The position numbers were made by a program, and so were the translations under genes. From positions 101,804,001-101,868,000 of the forward strand of contig NC_043000.1 in assembly GCF_006345805.1 (NCBI RefSeq): a stretch of 64,000 nucleotides of DNA, in the 5' to 3' direction. Below, one piece after another: positions 26,481-40,599 of this stretch; the stretch's first letter is position 1, and every line of letters begins with the position of its first letter. The notes beneath the pieces were generated by a model, which saw nothing but the letters and a program-made list of their open reading frames with translations, did not search any database and had not been told where the DNA came from. Source of the DNA: Octopus sinensis. Its lineage: Eukaryota.

Positions 26481-27670
26481 ATCTGGAATTCTCTCTCCAG
26501 GAGTCGAGCTCTTTATTCCCAGCAGAAATAATAGTTCCCTGGAGTATTTTCATCTTGTTCTAATTTACAGACTCAGTTCTGCTTGAGGTTACTTTAGATC
26601 TTTTAGACCCAATGGTTAACTACTTCACAATGATGAAGTTCTGAATTCAGTTCTCTTCGTCTCTTCATCTTCAGCCCTTGTGAGTAAAGTTGAATGGTTG
26701 AAAATTGTACAAAGGAGTGGGGGCCATCAGATGGATTGTAATCTCAGTTTAAAAAGTTGGGTTTATTATATGCACCATCATACAGATTCTTATTCCAGAG
26801 AATTAATATCAATGAATCTGTTGAACCCTCATCCTCTCACACTGTAATTTAATGAGCAGATATCATTGTCAAAACTGACAAGAAGATTCTTCATTTATTG
26901 AACATGCATAAAAGTTGGTCAGCTTTTACTCTCAGATTTTGGCCAGAAACATAAAACAAAGAGTTAAAGAAGGTATTGTATTTAGATTGCTGCTGAGTCA
27001 CTTCATTTCTGAAGAAATGGTTATTACATATTTATATTATTTGATAATGAAAAAATTTTAAATATTTAAAAAACATGTTTAGACAAAAATAATCAATTTT
27101 TTAATCAAAATCCGGAAATTATCCCATATTAAAATTCAGATTAAAATATTTTTGCATGATAAATGTATCTATTTCCTGGCCAACATTAATTAATGAATAT
27201 AAAATTCCTAATTTGTCTCATTTATTCATTGTGATGGTTTAACACAAACTGTAGCTTCTAAACTTAGAGTTTAAGTACTACATCAAATTACAATTTGTGT
27301 CTAGGGAGGATAATTTTTTTTCCCAACATTTAACAAGCAAAGAAAGTTTGTTAATGAATTTAAATAATATCATATTTTAAATGCCAAAAAAAATGGTTAA
27401 GTTAATAAGAAATTTTGTATTTTAAATTTTGTACATAATACAAGTATGACTATGTGGTTAACAAGTTTGATTCACAATCATGTTTCCAGGTTTAATCTTA
27501 TACAGTACCTTGGTTTGGTGATTCCAAGCAAAACCTCAGAATGACCCATACTCTCTGGGTAAAATTTGGTCAACTGAAACATCATAGTATAGATTGGTCT
27601 GTTCCTGGATAATAGATCTAATCCACCACCCCTTTTAACACAACCATCTGGTCCTTTGGTGCTAGTATTG

Positions 27671-29477
27671 CACACTTTCCCAACCTTTTTTTACTAAAAG
27701 CCTGCCTAAAATGTTTTTAATGCTTACATCCACTTCCAACTTTTACCTCTATGTAGCAGCTCTAATTACAATTAATGAACATAAACTAATTTATTAGTTT
27801 ACTTACAAAGGTGCATTTAGTAATAATATCATTAAAATAAGAATAATCAAGATAATTGTTTATTAATATGATTAAAATAGAATAATATAAACCTCCTATA
27901 TTAATCATAAACCTGCTATATTATTCTTATAGCAGGTTTATGGATGTAAACTTTGTTGTTGATGACCAGCAGTAAGTTTTGCAATATTGGGTTCCAAATT
28001 TGATAAAAGAAGTCTTAACTCTCCACACTGCACAACTGCTATTCTTGCTTAAAATTTGCATTATTGTATTTTTCCACCAGGCATCATGGAAAACCAGTAA
28101 TAGTTTGGCTTCATTCCACACTAAAGGAAATTTCATACTATATATTTTCCTCATATCTTGGTTTTTTCAAAAGTCATTATTACTTCTTCATGATATCCCT
28201 TAATTTGATTTTATGTACTACTGTTTGGCACATAAATGAGGGGTTTTGCCTTGTGAGAAATTCTTAGTTTGATCAAGTTAACTTGTTTCTGAAAACTTAT
28301 CCTTTGATTGTCAAAGACGCATATTGTTAGTCCGATTACCATCCATAAATAACTGTGAACTGCCAAAAGTTCCTTCTACCAAACTTTTTCTTGTGCAACT
28401 TAATTTTAATTATGAAGCTGTTGTCTGTATTCTTTTCATATATTAGATTAAAATTATTCTCTGACACTTGAGAATTCAGGCTGTACAACTTGGCACAAAT
28501 GCAGCTAAATAAGTTACGTCTCCATAAATATAGCTATTATCTTTTGCCAGTTGGTCATTTGGATTATAAGTAAAAATTCAATAATTATGTCATAAAGCTG
28601 GAAGAAGCCTTTCAAATAAGACCTTCTGACAGCCAACAACCTTCAGCATTGAGAAGTAGTGTTTCAAAATTTTCAATATTCCATTCACATAAGTGACAGA
28701 ATAATGTGGTGTTTAAGAACTAAGCTTTGATTTTGTTAACAGCAAAAATTACCAAAGCATAGCTTGAAGACAGCAGCTCGTTAAGCCTTTTAAACAACAA
28801 GATATTGACAATGAACTAATAGTGAATTACAAATAGAGTAGATATTTTCTTTTATATATGACACCTGATAAGTTTAGCAACCTGTCATAGAAAGTGCACC
28901 AACAGTTTGCACATGCTATCATATTGCTAAAAGGGATATTGTTATTTTCAAAGTAAGTATTTAATACTTTAGAAAATTGTTTGTCCCCTTAGTATCTGTT
29001 TGCAATGATTTATAGAAAAGCTTTTCTTCATAGATTTTCCTTTTTTTTTTAAACAAAATGAACATAAGCCATCAATAAAACCTCTTTGTCTTGTACAGTT
29101 GATTCATCAAACTATATACTAAAAACAGTCTTTTGCAGTTCTATGCCCAAAAGATTTTCAATATTCTTCTCCGTTTCATCAATCCAGCAAGATACAGTGT
29201 TATTGCTGAGAAGAACCAATTTCAAAATATCTATATTGACTTTATGGAGTATGATATGAACATCAGAAACTGAAGGGTGTAGTTAGTGTCTCTCCAATTC
29301 TGTGTAGTTTCCACATTTAATTATTAACTGTGGTATCTTGAATAAAGCAATGAAACAACTGTCAGGTTTTGGTTTGAACTTTTTAAATATTTCTAGAATA
29401 CAGGGGCTTTCAAATGTCACGTTCATCTTTTGCAACTGTATTGTATTATATAAACACCTTTTTTTCTATATAAGCGC
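27671..29477 (-). mobile_element. Decayed hAT (Buster/Charlie-like) transposase
   Basis: Minus: IIKCGKLHRIGETL...LSNNTVSCWIDETEKNIE...FSI*FDESTVQDKEVLLMAYVHF (KPHTIGE, SNNTV and LDEST motifs); TIR-like cacactttcccaacc at 27671-27685. The lower boundary is tentative. Confidence 0.75.
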
Positions 29478-29481
29478 TTAA

Positions 29482-30914
29482 CCCTTTCGTTACTATATTT
29501 CTGACCAAAATACACCCCTCATGAGTTTCAATTAAATTCTAAAATAATCATGAATTTAGGCTTGTTTCATTAAATAACTGTAACTTTTTTACTTATCAAC
29601 ATTTTATGTGATATTTGGAACATAATTAAAGGAAGGGTTCTTATCAATTCTATTGCATTAATTTGACTCAAAGTGACTTTAATTACAGGTAAATCCAGGT
29701 AAATTGAGCAAAAGGTAAAATATTAAAATTTTAAATTGAGCAAAAGGTTAAAAAATAAAAATTTTGTTTAAACATCACTATAGAAAATGAATCATCAGCT
29801 AATATTCAAATGGGTATGCAACAAAATTTTGATAAAGAAGAATTGTGCACATCAGTTGAATTTAATGCACAACAGGTGTACCATAAAGGTGGAATAAACT
29901 GAAATATTGGAATCCACCGTAAGTTTGACCGAACTAAAGAAATCGGTCAAAAATAATATACGGCCCTGGTTATGGTATGGAAGTGATAAATTCCAGACCA
30001 CATCGTTCCCTAGGCCATGCTGACTAATATTATTTTCCCTGTATAAAAACTAAATCCACGCAGTACCAGTAATTGCTTCACAAATTTCCCAAACTTTGAA
30101 CCCCGATTTTGGGTTTGTTTACAATCTGCGTAAGTGCGTTTCCACATTGATCGCTTCACAACAATAACTTCCAGACCACATCGTACCCTAAGCCATGCTG
30201 ACTAACATTATTTTCCCTGTATAAAAACTAAATCCACGCGCAGTACCCAGTAATTGCTTCACAAATTTCCCAAACTTTGAACCCCGATTTTGGGTTTGTT
30301 TACAATCTGCGTAAGTTTGTTTCCACATTGATCGCTTCAAACTAGCATACTGAAAAAAATAAAAGTCTAATGGTTTCACTTCCTAAGAAAGGCTATAGAT
30401 AAACTTTATCTCCTCAGAAAAATTGCTAATAAAAACATTCAAAAAGTTTTTTTACTTCATTCCGATGTAAAATCGTCTTCGCTGTCGCCTTCGCCGCTTT
30501 GTTTCTTCGGAAGGCGCTGCTTTTATTTTGTACACCACGTGCTTTAGTACCTATTTCATTCTTTTTCTCGATATCTCCCTATTTTCCGTTGACAAAGCTT
30601 TAAATTCGGAATCAATGCTTGATAACATGAAACTCCTATCCATTTCAAAGTTGAAGAAGAAAAAATCGATGCCGTAAAAATGTGGAAAAAATCTCCCAAA
30701 ATCACTGAGTTGAGATATCACTTCAAGCAATGTCGGATACTATAACTTAACTATTTACAATGTGAAATCACATGCTTTAACGAATGTACCAACGAGATTT
30801 GGGTTCAAATTTACATTTAAATAACAATGGGTTCTAACGGCCGGGTATGGCCGGGTTGGTACTTTGAACCAAAAAATTGTTCGGCCGGCTACGGCCGGGT
30901 TAGTAACGAAAGGG
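29482..30914 (-). mobile_element. Internally deleted piggyBac element (1433 bp) with transposase remnants
   Basis: Perfect 14-bp TIR CCCTTTCGTTACTA (29482-29495 / 30901-30914); TTAA at the left end only. Minus-strand remnant (with frameshifts) KPK.GFKVWEICEAITGYC..FYTGK..HGLGYDVVWKL..PYHNQGRILFFDRFFSSV. Confidence 0.9.
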
Positions 30915-31998
30915 ATTATTCTTTAAGTAACATATTTTTAAAGTAATTTAAGAATCTAGTTATCCACTGTGTCCACTCTTTGCTTATATTTGATGAAATG
31001 CCATCAAAGAACATTTTCATTTCTATTACTGTCATTATTGTTGAACTTCACTGTGGAAAGGTATGTCTGGAAATACTTTCTAGGTGAATTTAGGAAAATA
31101 ATATTTTTTCCATTTGGTCTGAATAGAATGCCCTAACAAGGAGCAATTGCCTAGAACTAAATTTCTCTATTCAGCTGAAACTCCAATTTTCATATTCAAA
31201 TGCACAAATTTACAAATAATCGCAGTTTTTATAGATGATGAAAGTAGTCAGTCAAGATATATAGTATGCCATCCAAACTGGAATTGATAATAATATAATA
31301 ATGTAATATAATTTTGCTCATCGTCTCCTTTATGTTTTTTAACACCACACCACTATAATATAATTTAGTATATGACTCCTCTCGGGGTTTTAAATTCTTT
31401 GCCACCTGCTTTTTAGGATCAGTATGGATCATTTTGTGAACAACAGCTTTAGTAGTTTTTTTCATGCTAGCATTGGTTATATGAATATATTCATGATGCA
31501 TTGTTTCGTAGATAGAGGCCTGTCCAATTGCATACCCTTAAGTGTTAGGGTCACTTGTTTCACACATCTTCAGTGGTGAAAAACCAATGAACAACTTATT
31601 GATAAGCGAAATGACATTATCACCATTTATAGCTGAGCAATTTTTGGAGAAGCACAAATATAAACACACATACAAACACACACACACACACACACACATA
31701 CACACACGCACACACACTCACAACACGCACATACACACACATGTGCACATTCACATGCATGCACACAAACACATATAATCATACACCAACATATTTACAC
31801 GATTGTCTTGTTTCAGTTTCTGTCTACCAAATCCATATATGTATGTATACAAGTATGTATGTACATATATATATATAAAATATAATAATAATAATAATAG
31901 TTTGGCTCATAAAGAGTCTGATTATGAACATCTGATAAGGTAGATGTGTTAGTTTGTGAACGTATGTATGTGGAAAACATGTTGTAATATTATATATA

Positions 31999-32036
<38 letters not shown>

Positions 32037-32071
32037 ATATATATATTATATTATATATATATATTTATATT

Positions 32072-32101
<30 letters not shown>

Positions 32102-32105
<4 letters not shown>

Positions 32106-33042
32106 AAGAATGAATGTTTTTATATAATGAACGTGAAATACAGGAAGGGACGAACACGGAACACAGACAAATCATTCGAAGCCTTCAATCTTCAGTCAGA
32201 CACCGAATCATCATAGCAAATTTCGGCTGTTCAATTCTGATATTTGCTCCAACTCGGCCAGCCCCAAGAAAAAAAACTAAGCTGTAAGCATTAGATTTCT
32301 TGGTAGAAGACAGGAATGTGAACGCACAAGACGGATGTGAATACAAGAGACGAAAACGAAATTGAAAACAGTAATGAAAAAACAAAATGTATATACGGTG
32401 GTTGTCATACGACTTTAGACCAAATGAGACAAAACAACAACATAGCAGCTGGCGTAGAAATAATTACCGTTTCGGTAGCGGGGACACATGTTGGTCGAGA
32501 TACGAAGGCCAACAGAATGGTTGAAGAAGCAGCAGGTCAGGAGAGAGAGAAAGAGAGACAGAGAGAGAGGGAATCAAAGAGGGTGGAAGGCAGGGGACAG
32601 AATCAGTGACCAAGAGAGAAGGAGAAAGAAGGGATTAAGGAGGATGGGAGGAAGAGAGGGGAAGAATCGGAGGGCGCCAAAAAGTTTGGTGAAGAAGCAA
32701 TGGCGGGTAGTAAAAGACAGTGTGTATAGAAGTCGTGCAGGGTTTAAAATTGGACAAACAAACGGGGGGGGTGCACGTAACGCCGCAATAATATAAGAAT
32801 GAATGTTTTTATATATAATGAACGTGAAATACAGGAAGGGACGAACACGGAACACAGACAAATCATTCGAAGCCTTCAATCTTCAGTCAGACACCGAATC
32901 ATCATAGCAAATTTCGGGGTTTCAATTCTGATATTTGCTCCAACTCGGCCAGCCCCAAGAAAAAAAACTAAGCTGTAAGCATTAGATTTCTTGGTAGAAG
33001 ACAGGAATGTGAACGCACAAGACGGATGTGAATACAAGAGAC
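32102..33042 (-). mobile_element. Non-coding Penelope-like element with about 250-bp direct terminal repeats
   Basis: 32102-32351 repeated at 32791-33042 with one 2-bp indel and a few substitutions; adjacent to (TA)n and (CA)n. PLE assignment and strand are inferred from architecture. Confidence 0.6.
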
Positions 33043-35360
33043 ATGCACACACACACACACGTTTTACATGAGGTAAGCATTAACTGACATGGAATTCAAT
33101 ACCTGTTGGAAGTGTGAACAGATATATTTATGAAAATGACAAAATGAGTCTGTACAAGTCTCTCCCTTTATTAATCACTGCATCACAATCAGCCAAAGCA
33201 AAACTCATGTAGACTGTCATCTTTTTGTTGGTTTTGATATATGGAGCATGAGTTTCTTTCTCTCCCTTCTCACTCTTCTTGTCAAGATACACACACACAT
33301 AATATATATGTATGTAAGTGCTACCATTTATACTGTGTGTACAAACATGAAATAGCACTAACTGAAATATTTTGTGCCAGAGAAACATTTCAAAAAGACT
33401 TGCAATATATGCGCATGCGCCACCACACACACACACACATACACACACACATAAGTAATAATTTTATGTTTGGGTATACAACTTGCTATATGCCAATGCA
33501 CCACAACTATTTCTACGGCATTTCACCTGCAAGTCACCAGTGTACAATGGGTCGAAGTGATCATAGTGAATAATAAAGAGTCATGTGAATTTCATCTTCT
33601 TTCTCTCACTTTTACGCACACACACACACACACTCAGACACACACATTGACACTCACATATATACACACACACACACACATGTATATAAATACACATAAA
33701 CACACACACTTGTATATACACACATGTACACACACACACACATATATATATACACACATACATACACACATACACATATACATATGTATACACACACACA
33801 CCGACACCCATATGAGTATATATGTGTATGCATGTGGTGATTAAATTTTCCTTGTGTTTCTACCATCTCATTCTTTTGGAGTAATTATGAGTATATATTT
33901 CTCCTTTTATGTCTCATTACTAAATAGTAATATGTTACTCCTGACAGTCTTGTTTTGCATAATTATGTCATAACTATACGAATGAAAATATTAAGTGACT
34001 TCTTTCATAATTCTTCACAGTAATGGTAAGGTCTGTTTTCAAAGTTTTTCAACACACATAATATTTTCCTTATCTTTCTCATTACCATTTCCTGCTGCTT
34101 GTTTAGAAAGTTATTAATAATTATTCTATATAATAAATTATTCTTTTCGCTATTCTCATATTTCTATTTTGTTTCAGTAATTCATTGCTTAATGATTTTG
34201 TTTTTGTTGTTTGTTAAATGTCTATTAGGGTTGCTTTGTTTCTTTTTAAATGTCATATTAATTTTAGTGGATTTATTGAAGTGTAGCATTGGCCAAAGTT
34301 AAATGTGTGGCATGAGATGTTAGAATTCTTGCTTGGTGGGTTTGTTGTCAGTTCAGAGTCCAATAGTGGTATTATACTGCTCTGTGGAGAAAGGTACAAG
34401 ATAGATAGATAGATAGATAGATAATGAGAAAGACAGAGAAGCAAAAGAAGAGACAGGCAGAGGTAAATGGAGAGAGATAGAAAGACATGAATAGAGCGAG
34501 AAAGAAAGGTGGTTACATAAGTGTACCTTCTATCTTTTCTCTTTTACCTTTTACACGCTTCAATCATTAGGCTGTGGCCATGTTGGGGCACTGCCTTCAA
34601 GAATTTTAGTTGAATGCATCAACCCCAGTGCTTCATTGTTTTGTTTTGTTTTTTAGCTTGATACCTATTCTATTGTTCTCTTTTGCCAAACTGCTAAGTG
34701 ACAGGGAAGTAAACACACCAACACTGGTTGTCAAGCGGTGGTGGAGGGGAGAAACAAACAGATATAAAGACACATGCATAGATATATCCACACACACACA
34801 TACACACATACACAAAGAACAAACCTGATTGTGTGGAAGACAGCAATTTTACTAAACTTGACTGTGTCTTTTCAAGTACAGCAAATCACCACATATCTTG
34901 GGCAAGTGTCTTCTACTATGGTCTCTGACTGACCAAAGCCTTGTGAGTGGATTCGGTAGATGAAAACTGAAAGAAGCCTATCGTGTATATATTGACCAAA
35001 GCCTTGTGAGTGGATTCCGTAGATGAAGACTGAAAGAAGCCTATCGTGTATATATATATATAGCCAGAGCCCATAGTAGAAGACACTTGCCCAAGGTGCC
35101 ATGCAGTAGGACTGAACCCAGAACCATGTGGTTCAGGAGCAAGCTTCTTACCAGACAGCCACACCTGTGCCTATTTATATTTTTATTCGTACACATAAAA
35201 TGTGATAGTTGCATGAAAGGTTTGGAAATAGTGGGGGGAAAACCTTTTGTTTTCTCATTGGGGACTTAAATGCAAATAAAAATTTTACTCTATATTCCAA
35301 TGTACCAAATCCTTCAATGTTTTGCTTGTCTTTTTAATCTCTCGCCTTTCATCAAGAGTC

Positions 35361-35397
<37 letters not shown>

Positions 35398-35759
35398 ATA
35401 TATATCATATGAATGACTTCCCCATCAAAGACGACATATGAGTGTTCAGCTTTTGGTGAATGACTTGCATAGATCATTTGTTTATAGTAATCAAATGTAT
35501 GTGCTATACTTTAGCTCTCTCTGTCTCTGTCTCTCTCTCTCTCTCTTTCTCTCAGATAGATGTTACCTGAACAGGTGCATGGTCTACCATGTATCAGGTG
35601 TCAAAGTGATTGCAGAGCAATGTGAGATGAAGTGTTTTGCCCAAGAGCACAATGCACCATCTGGTCTTGGAATTAAAAACCATGATCTTGCGATCATGAG
35701 TGCAACACCTTAACCACTAGGCCATGCACTCTCACTCATCTGTGTGTGTGTGTGTGTGT

Positions 35760-35965
35760 TTGTGTGTGTGATGTGTATGGATGAGGACAGCTGTGTAAAG
35801 AAGTTCCAAGCTCTAATTGAGAAAGGTGCCTGTGGAAGGGGCAGACTCAAGGAGACAAGGGATGAAGTGGTGAGAAAGGATCTTCAGATGCTGGGCCTCA
35901 CTCAGGAAATGACAAGGGAGATCATGATATGTGGTGATTTGCTGTACTTGAAATTTCGCAGTCAA
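35760..35965 (+). mobile_element. RTE LINE 3' end, followed by an RTE-tail SINE segment to about 36195
   Basis: MDEDSCVKKFQALIEKGACGRGRLKETRDEVVRKDLQMLGLTQEMTR. Confidence 0.8.
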
Positions 35966-36950
35966 GCTTAGTAAAATTGCTGTCTTCCACATGTACAGGC
36001 TTGTTCTTTCAGATACTGGTGCCACATAAAATGCATCCAGTACACTCTGTTAAGTGGTTGGTGTTATGAAGAGCATCCAGCTGTAGAAATCATGCCACTA
36101 CAGACAATTGAAGTGTGGACAGCTCCCAGCTGGCCAGCTCCATGTCAAGCCATGCAACCCATGCCAACATCTAAAACGGATGTTAAATGATGATGATGAT
36201 ATATGGTGACTGCTCCATCTTCACAAAATAATTGCTGTCTCCTTGTGTTTCCTTGTTGTCAATGGCATTTCCGACTTTCCATCCATACCTCTCAGATGAA
36301 TCCTCAGTCCCATTGATGAGCTGCATGGTTTGGATCATAGGTGAGATATAGAAGTTGTAACCTACAATGCACTTGCAACAGTGTAAATCTTGCACATGTC
36401 ACCACTTTTCCATTGTCATGGGGCTTTCAGTAAATAGGATGACAATCAAGTTCACCACAAAGCAACATCTGCATGTCATTGATTATAGTCATAAACACTT
36501 GTACAACATGATTACCACTCTCTGAATCTCCATGCTTAGTTCCTAGTGACAGGCCAAAGTAAGATATATCTGATCAGTAATCTTGTGAAACCATGGCTTT
36601 TACATCAAAGTCTCCATTTCCTACAAGGATGCGATGAGAACAGCTAGGAGTTCTTCATTCCTGGTGGTTCTATTGCATGCCTGACACCAGCCAAGGGTAT
36701 TTCTACATCTCTCTACTCAGATGGACTGTTATCACATATGATAGATGGGACCCAGACAGATGTTAGTATTCCAGGTCAGAGTGAATCTGGGAACAATAGT
36801 GTCTAAGAGGTGGTTCCACAATTCTCAAAACTCTGGAACTCCTGAACCAGAGACCCACTGTTAGATTGTAGTTTAAAGTCACAACTAAGACATATATACA
36901 TGCACACATACATATGCACATACAAACACACACACACACACATACAGTGT

Positions 36951-37001
<51 letters not shown>

Positions 37002-37712
37002 CAACTAACATATTTTCATGATTTACCATGCCAGTTTTGAAACAAATCAGATGAAGATGTAATACATTAGCACTTAGTATTGATCAAAATACATGGAGGA
37101 GACAGGCTTCAATTTCATTGAACAACATCCTATTTAGAAATTCTCCATAAGAGATGAAAGCAGTAACTATTGCATCAATAACCAGCTAGAGGAGGCATTC
37201 TCTTGGGGTTAAAAAAATGGTAGTAACGTTGGTTCATACAGAACAGCCATGTTGAAGTGGTGTAAACATAGCTTCATATTTATTTATTATTATCTTTAAA
37301 ACTACCATTATATGTGTGTGCTCACATGTGTGTCAGTACACACACACACACACATACACACACACACACACTCACACACACACACACTCACACACACACA
37401 CACACAGAGTATCCAGTAAAGCCTACCTTACATTGAGCTACAGTAGCAGAGATGAAAGGAATGCATCCATGAGTGATGTCTTGAGCCCACATGAAAAACC
37501 AGATGTAAATACTATCAATGCATCATTGAAGCTTCGTGACCATCCAATTTGCAATTGTACAGAAGAATGCTCTCTATATATGGCCTGAAGAAAGCAAACC
37601 TTGCTGACACTGAAATATTTGATTAATAGATGTTTTAAAACAAGTTACAGGCTCCCCAGACTCATCCCTTGCCTCTCATGATGTTTTTACTGTTAGCAAC
37701 ATAGAAACCGAG

Positions 37713-37743
<31 letters not shown>

Positions 37744-38520
37744 GACAGGCTTCTTCCGTTCTTGTCTACTGAAACCACTCATAAGGCTTTGGTCAACCTA
37801 GGGCTATAGTAGAAGAAACTTGCCAAAGGTGTCACACAGTAGGACTAACCCAGAACCACAAAGCTAGGAAGCAAAATTCTTACCACACTTCTTACCACAC
37901 AGGCACAGTTATGCCTGCATCTCTAAATTGGCTACTTTATTTTTGAAACCAGCATTGCCATCATCCGAGGATATATTTTCTTTCTCCTAATCACTTTATA
38001 TTCTGATAATCATCAATCAATAACATCATAAACAAATCTTTTCTTACTTAACGATAACAATATCACTTCAACACCTTCAATGTCATGCTCTGTTTAAGCG
38101 ATTTAAGTAAATCATAATTACGAATAAAATAATAACAGTTTTATTAACATGAAATAAAACAACCATTTATCATTCTATTAAAGGTATAATTTTCTTAATC
38201 ATTATGATAGACACAGGCATGGCTATATGGTAAGAAGTTTGCTTTCCAACCACATGGTTCTGGGTTCAGACCCACTGCATGGCACCTTGGATAAGTGTAT
38301 TCTACTGTAGAAGTTTAGAGGGAGGGGTTAGTCAATTTAATGGACCACAGTACTTGACTGGTATTTTATTTTATTAATCCTACGATCAAAGTTAAAACTT
38401 ACCCCAGCTGGATTTGAACTCAGAATGTAAAGACCTGGAAGAAATACCTCAACACATTTTGTTCCAACACTAAGGATTCATCACTCTTTATAACAACAAC
38501 AATAATAATATTTTCTTACT

Positions 38521-38880
38521 ATTATATTTCAGGAAGGTCTCTTTTTTTTCTGCTAAATAAACACATGCACTATAGGTTCATTCTTCACTTTAGATTTATT
38601 ATTGCTCTTATTTTGTATCTATTGTCTGAAAATCTTTTGTCACACATCTGTGACTTCTTCAGTGACTCTCCATCCCATGTGTCTCCTCCTGTTCTGTTTA
38701 GTCTTTTTAGAAAGATTTCCAGACAAAGGACATAAAATAAGAACAATAATAAATCTGAAGTGAAGAGCAAATATATTTTATGTATGTTTATTTGGTAAAA
38801 AAAAAAAAGATGGCTATCCCGAAATATAACAAGATCTGTTTCAACTCACGTTCTCACAGCAGGAATCTGGCAAAAAGTAA
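38521..38880. mobile_element. Penelope-like terminus as an inverted pair (same family as 8817-9150)
   Basis: Arms at about 38521-38638 and 38710-38830 are imperfect reverse complements. Confidence 0.6.
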
Positions 38881-39399
38881 TACATTTATAACTGAAAATA
38901 AAAGTAAGAGGCTTGGTGCCTCATTTTTGTTATTGAATTATGAAAAACGTAAGAGGTTTGTTGCCTCACAAATTAATTTTATATTGAACTGTGAAAAATG
39001 TATGAGGTTTAAAAGAGTAATGTTCTTGGGTAAGCAGCAATCGTTGGGCGTTACTTGTTGCCCTCATTTATCATTATTTTTATTTGTCATTTCATAACAT
39101 TACGTCTATGTCCAGGCTGCAGCTTCCCTTCTATGTAATGCCCTTGTGGCAAATTATATGAATAAAAAAAGTAATACTAAAACATAGAATTCTCTCTAAT
39201 TTTGACACAAAACCAGTAACTGTGAGAGGTTGGGAAGTTAATTACATCAACCCCTGTGCTCATTGTTACTTATTTTATTGACGTCAAAGAAACAAAAGGC
39301 AAAGTTGACTTCTGTGGCATTTGAACTCAGAAAATGAAGACAGGTGTAATGCTTCTGAGCATGCTAATGATTCTGTCAGCTGGCTGCATTATTAACAAC

Positions 39400-39720
39400 T
39401 AACTGGCCCGTGCTGTCAAAAATGACAGCTAATTATAGTATTTATATATAAATAAGGTACAAAACCAATTTTTTAGCTTAATAATTCTTTTATTACCAAA
39501 TATTTTGTGAAAAATCTCTCTGCAACTAATATCTCTTGACTGCTTGTTTCCGTCAAAGGATTTTAAAGTTTTCCTTCCTTGTACGACTCAAGCTGGACAT
39601 GACTAAATACAGGATAGAATATGGATGGTAAATCAAATTAATACACTTATCAATGTTATTTAGTGGTTGTCTTTTAAGATGTGGCATTGATTATCATTTG
39701 TTACTGAAAGAACGCTAGTT
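39400..39720 (-). mobile_element. Helitron 3' fragment (decayed Pif1-like helicase end)
   Basis: Minus: MIIN...DLPSIFYPVFSHVQL resembles MTINKSQG...PVFSHGQLYVA; gcacgggccagtta near the end. Confidence 0.55.
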
Positions 39721-39841
39721 CACACATACAAACATTCATACACTTCCCTTGTACACATACACACATACACTCACACAGAGTTGAAACTCTGTTTGATTTT
39801 TCTTTTCAGCATTGAATGTTCACCATCCCACTTCCATTGCA

Positions 39842-39873
<32 letters not shown>

Positions 39874-40599
39874 TTCACATACCTCCCCTTTACATACACA
39901 CACATATACTCAAACAGAGTTGAAACAATGCTTGATTTTTTCTCACCATAAAATTTCCATCATCCCACTACCAAGTTTGCCATCACCCCTTCCTTCCTTA
40001 TTCATCTATCACCCCTTCCTTTCTCATTCATATGTTGTGACAGAGAAAAATATAACAGTATTATTATAGTAGATAATAAAAGTGATATTCAAATTTTGGC
40101 ACAAGGCCAGGATTTCAATGAATTTTAGGAGAAGGGGTAGGTTGATGACATTGACCCCTGTACTCAATAGATACTTATTTTATCAACCCCCAAAAGGATG
40201 AATGGCAAAGCTAAGCTAGGTAGAATTTGAACTTAGAACATAAAGATGGATGAAATGCTGCTGAGCATTTTATCGGCACACTAATGATTCTGCCAGTTCA
40301 TTTTTTAATTAAGAATGGTAATAATAGTGGTATTCGAATTTTGGTGCAGAGCCAGCAATTTCAATAACATTGACCCCAGTGCTTAACTGGTACATATTTT
40401 ATCGACCCCAACATGCTAACAATTCTGCCAGCTTGCTGTTTTATCAACACTAATAATGATAGTGGTGACTTCTGACATAAGCACAAAGGCTGCAGTAAAT
40501 GTTTCAAGGTGGATAGGACATTCATTTTAATAAACTCCAGTATTTGACTGGTACTTAATTTTTATTGTCCTTATTCCCATATTTTTTTATGTCTTTTCC

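Noticed and set aside
37410-37590. ORF or exon-like segment with a good minus-strand acceptor
   Set aside because: Another minus frame reads PYIESILLYNC, an RTE LINE motif; it is a decayed retroelement.
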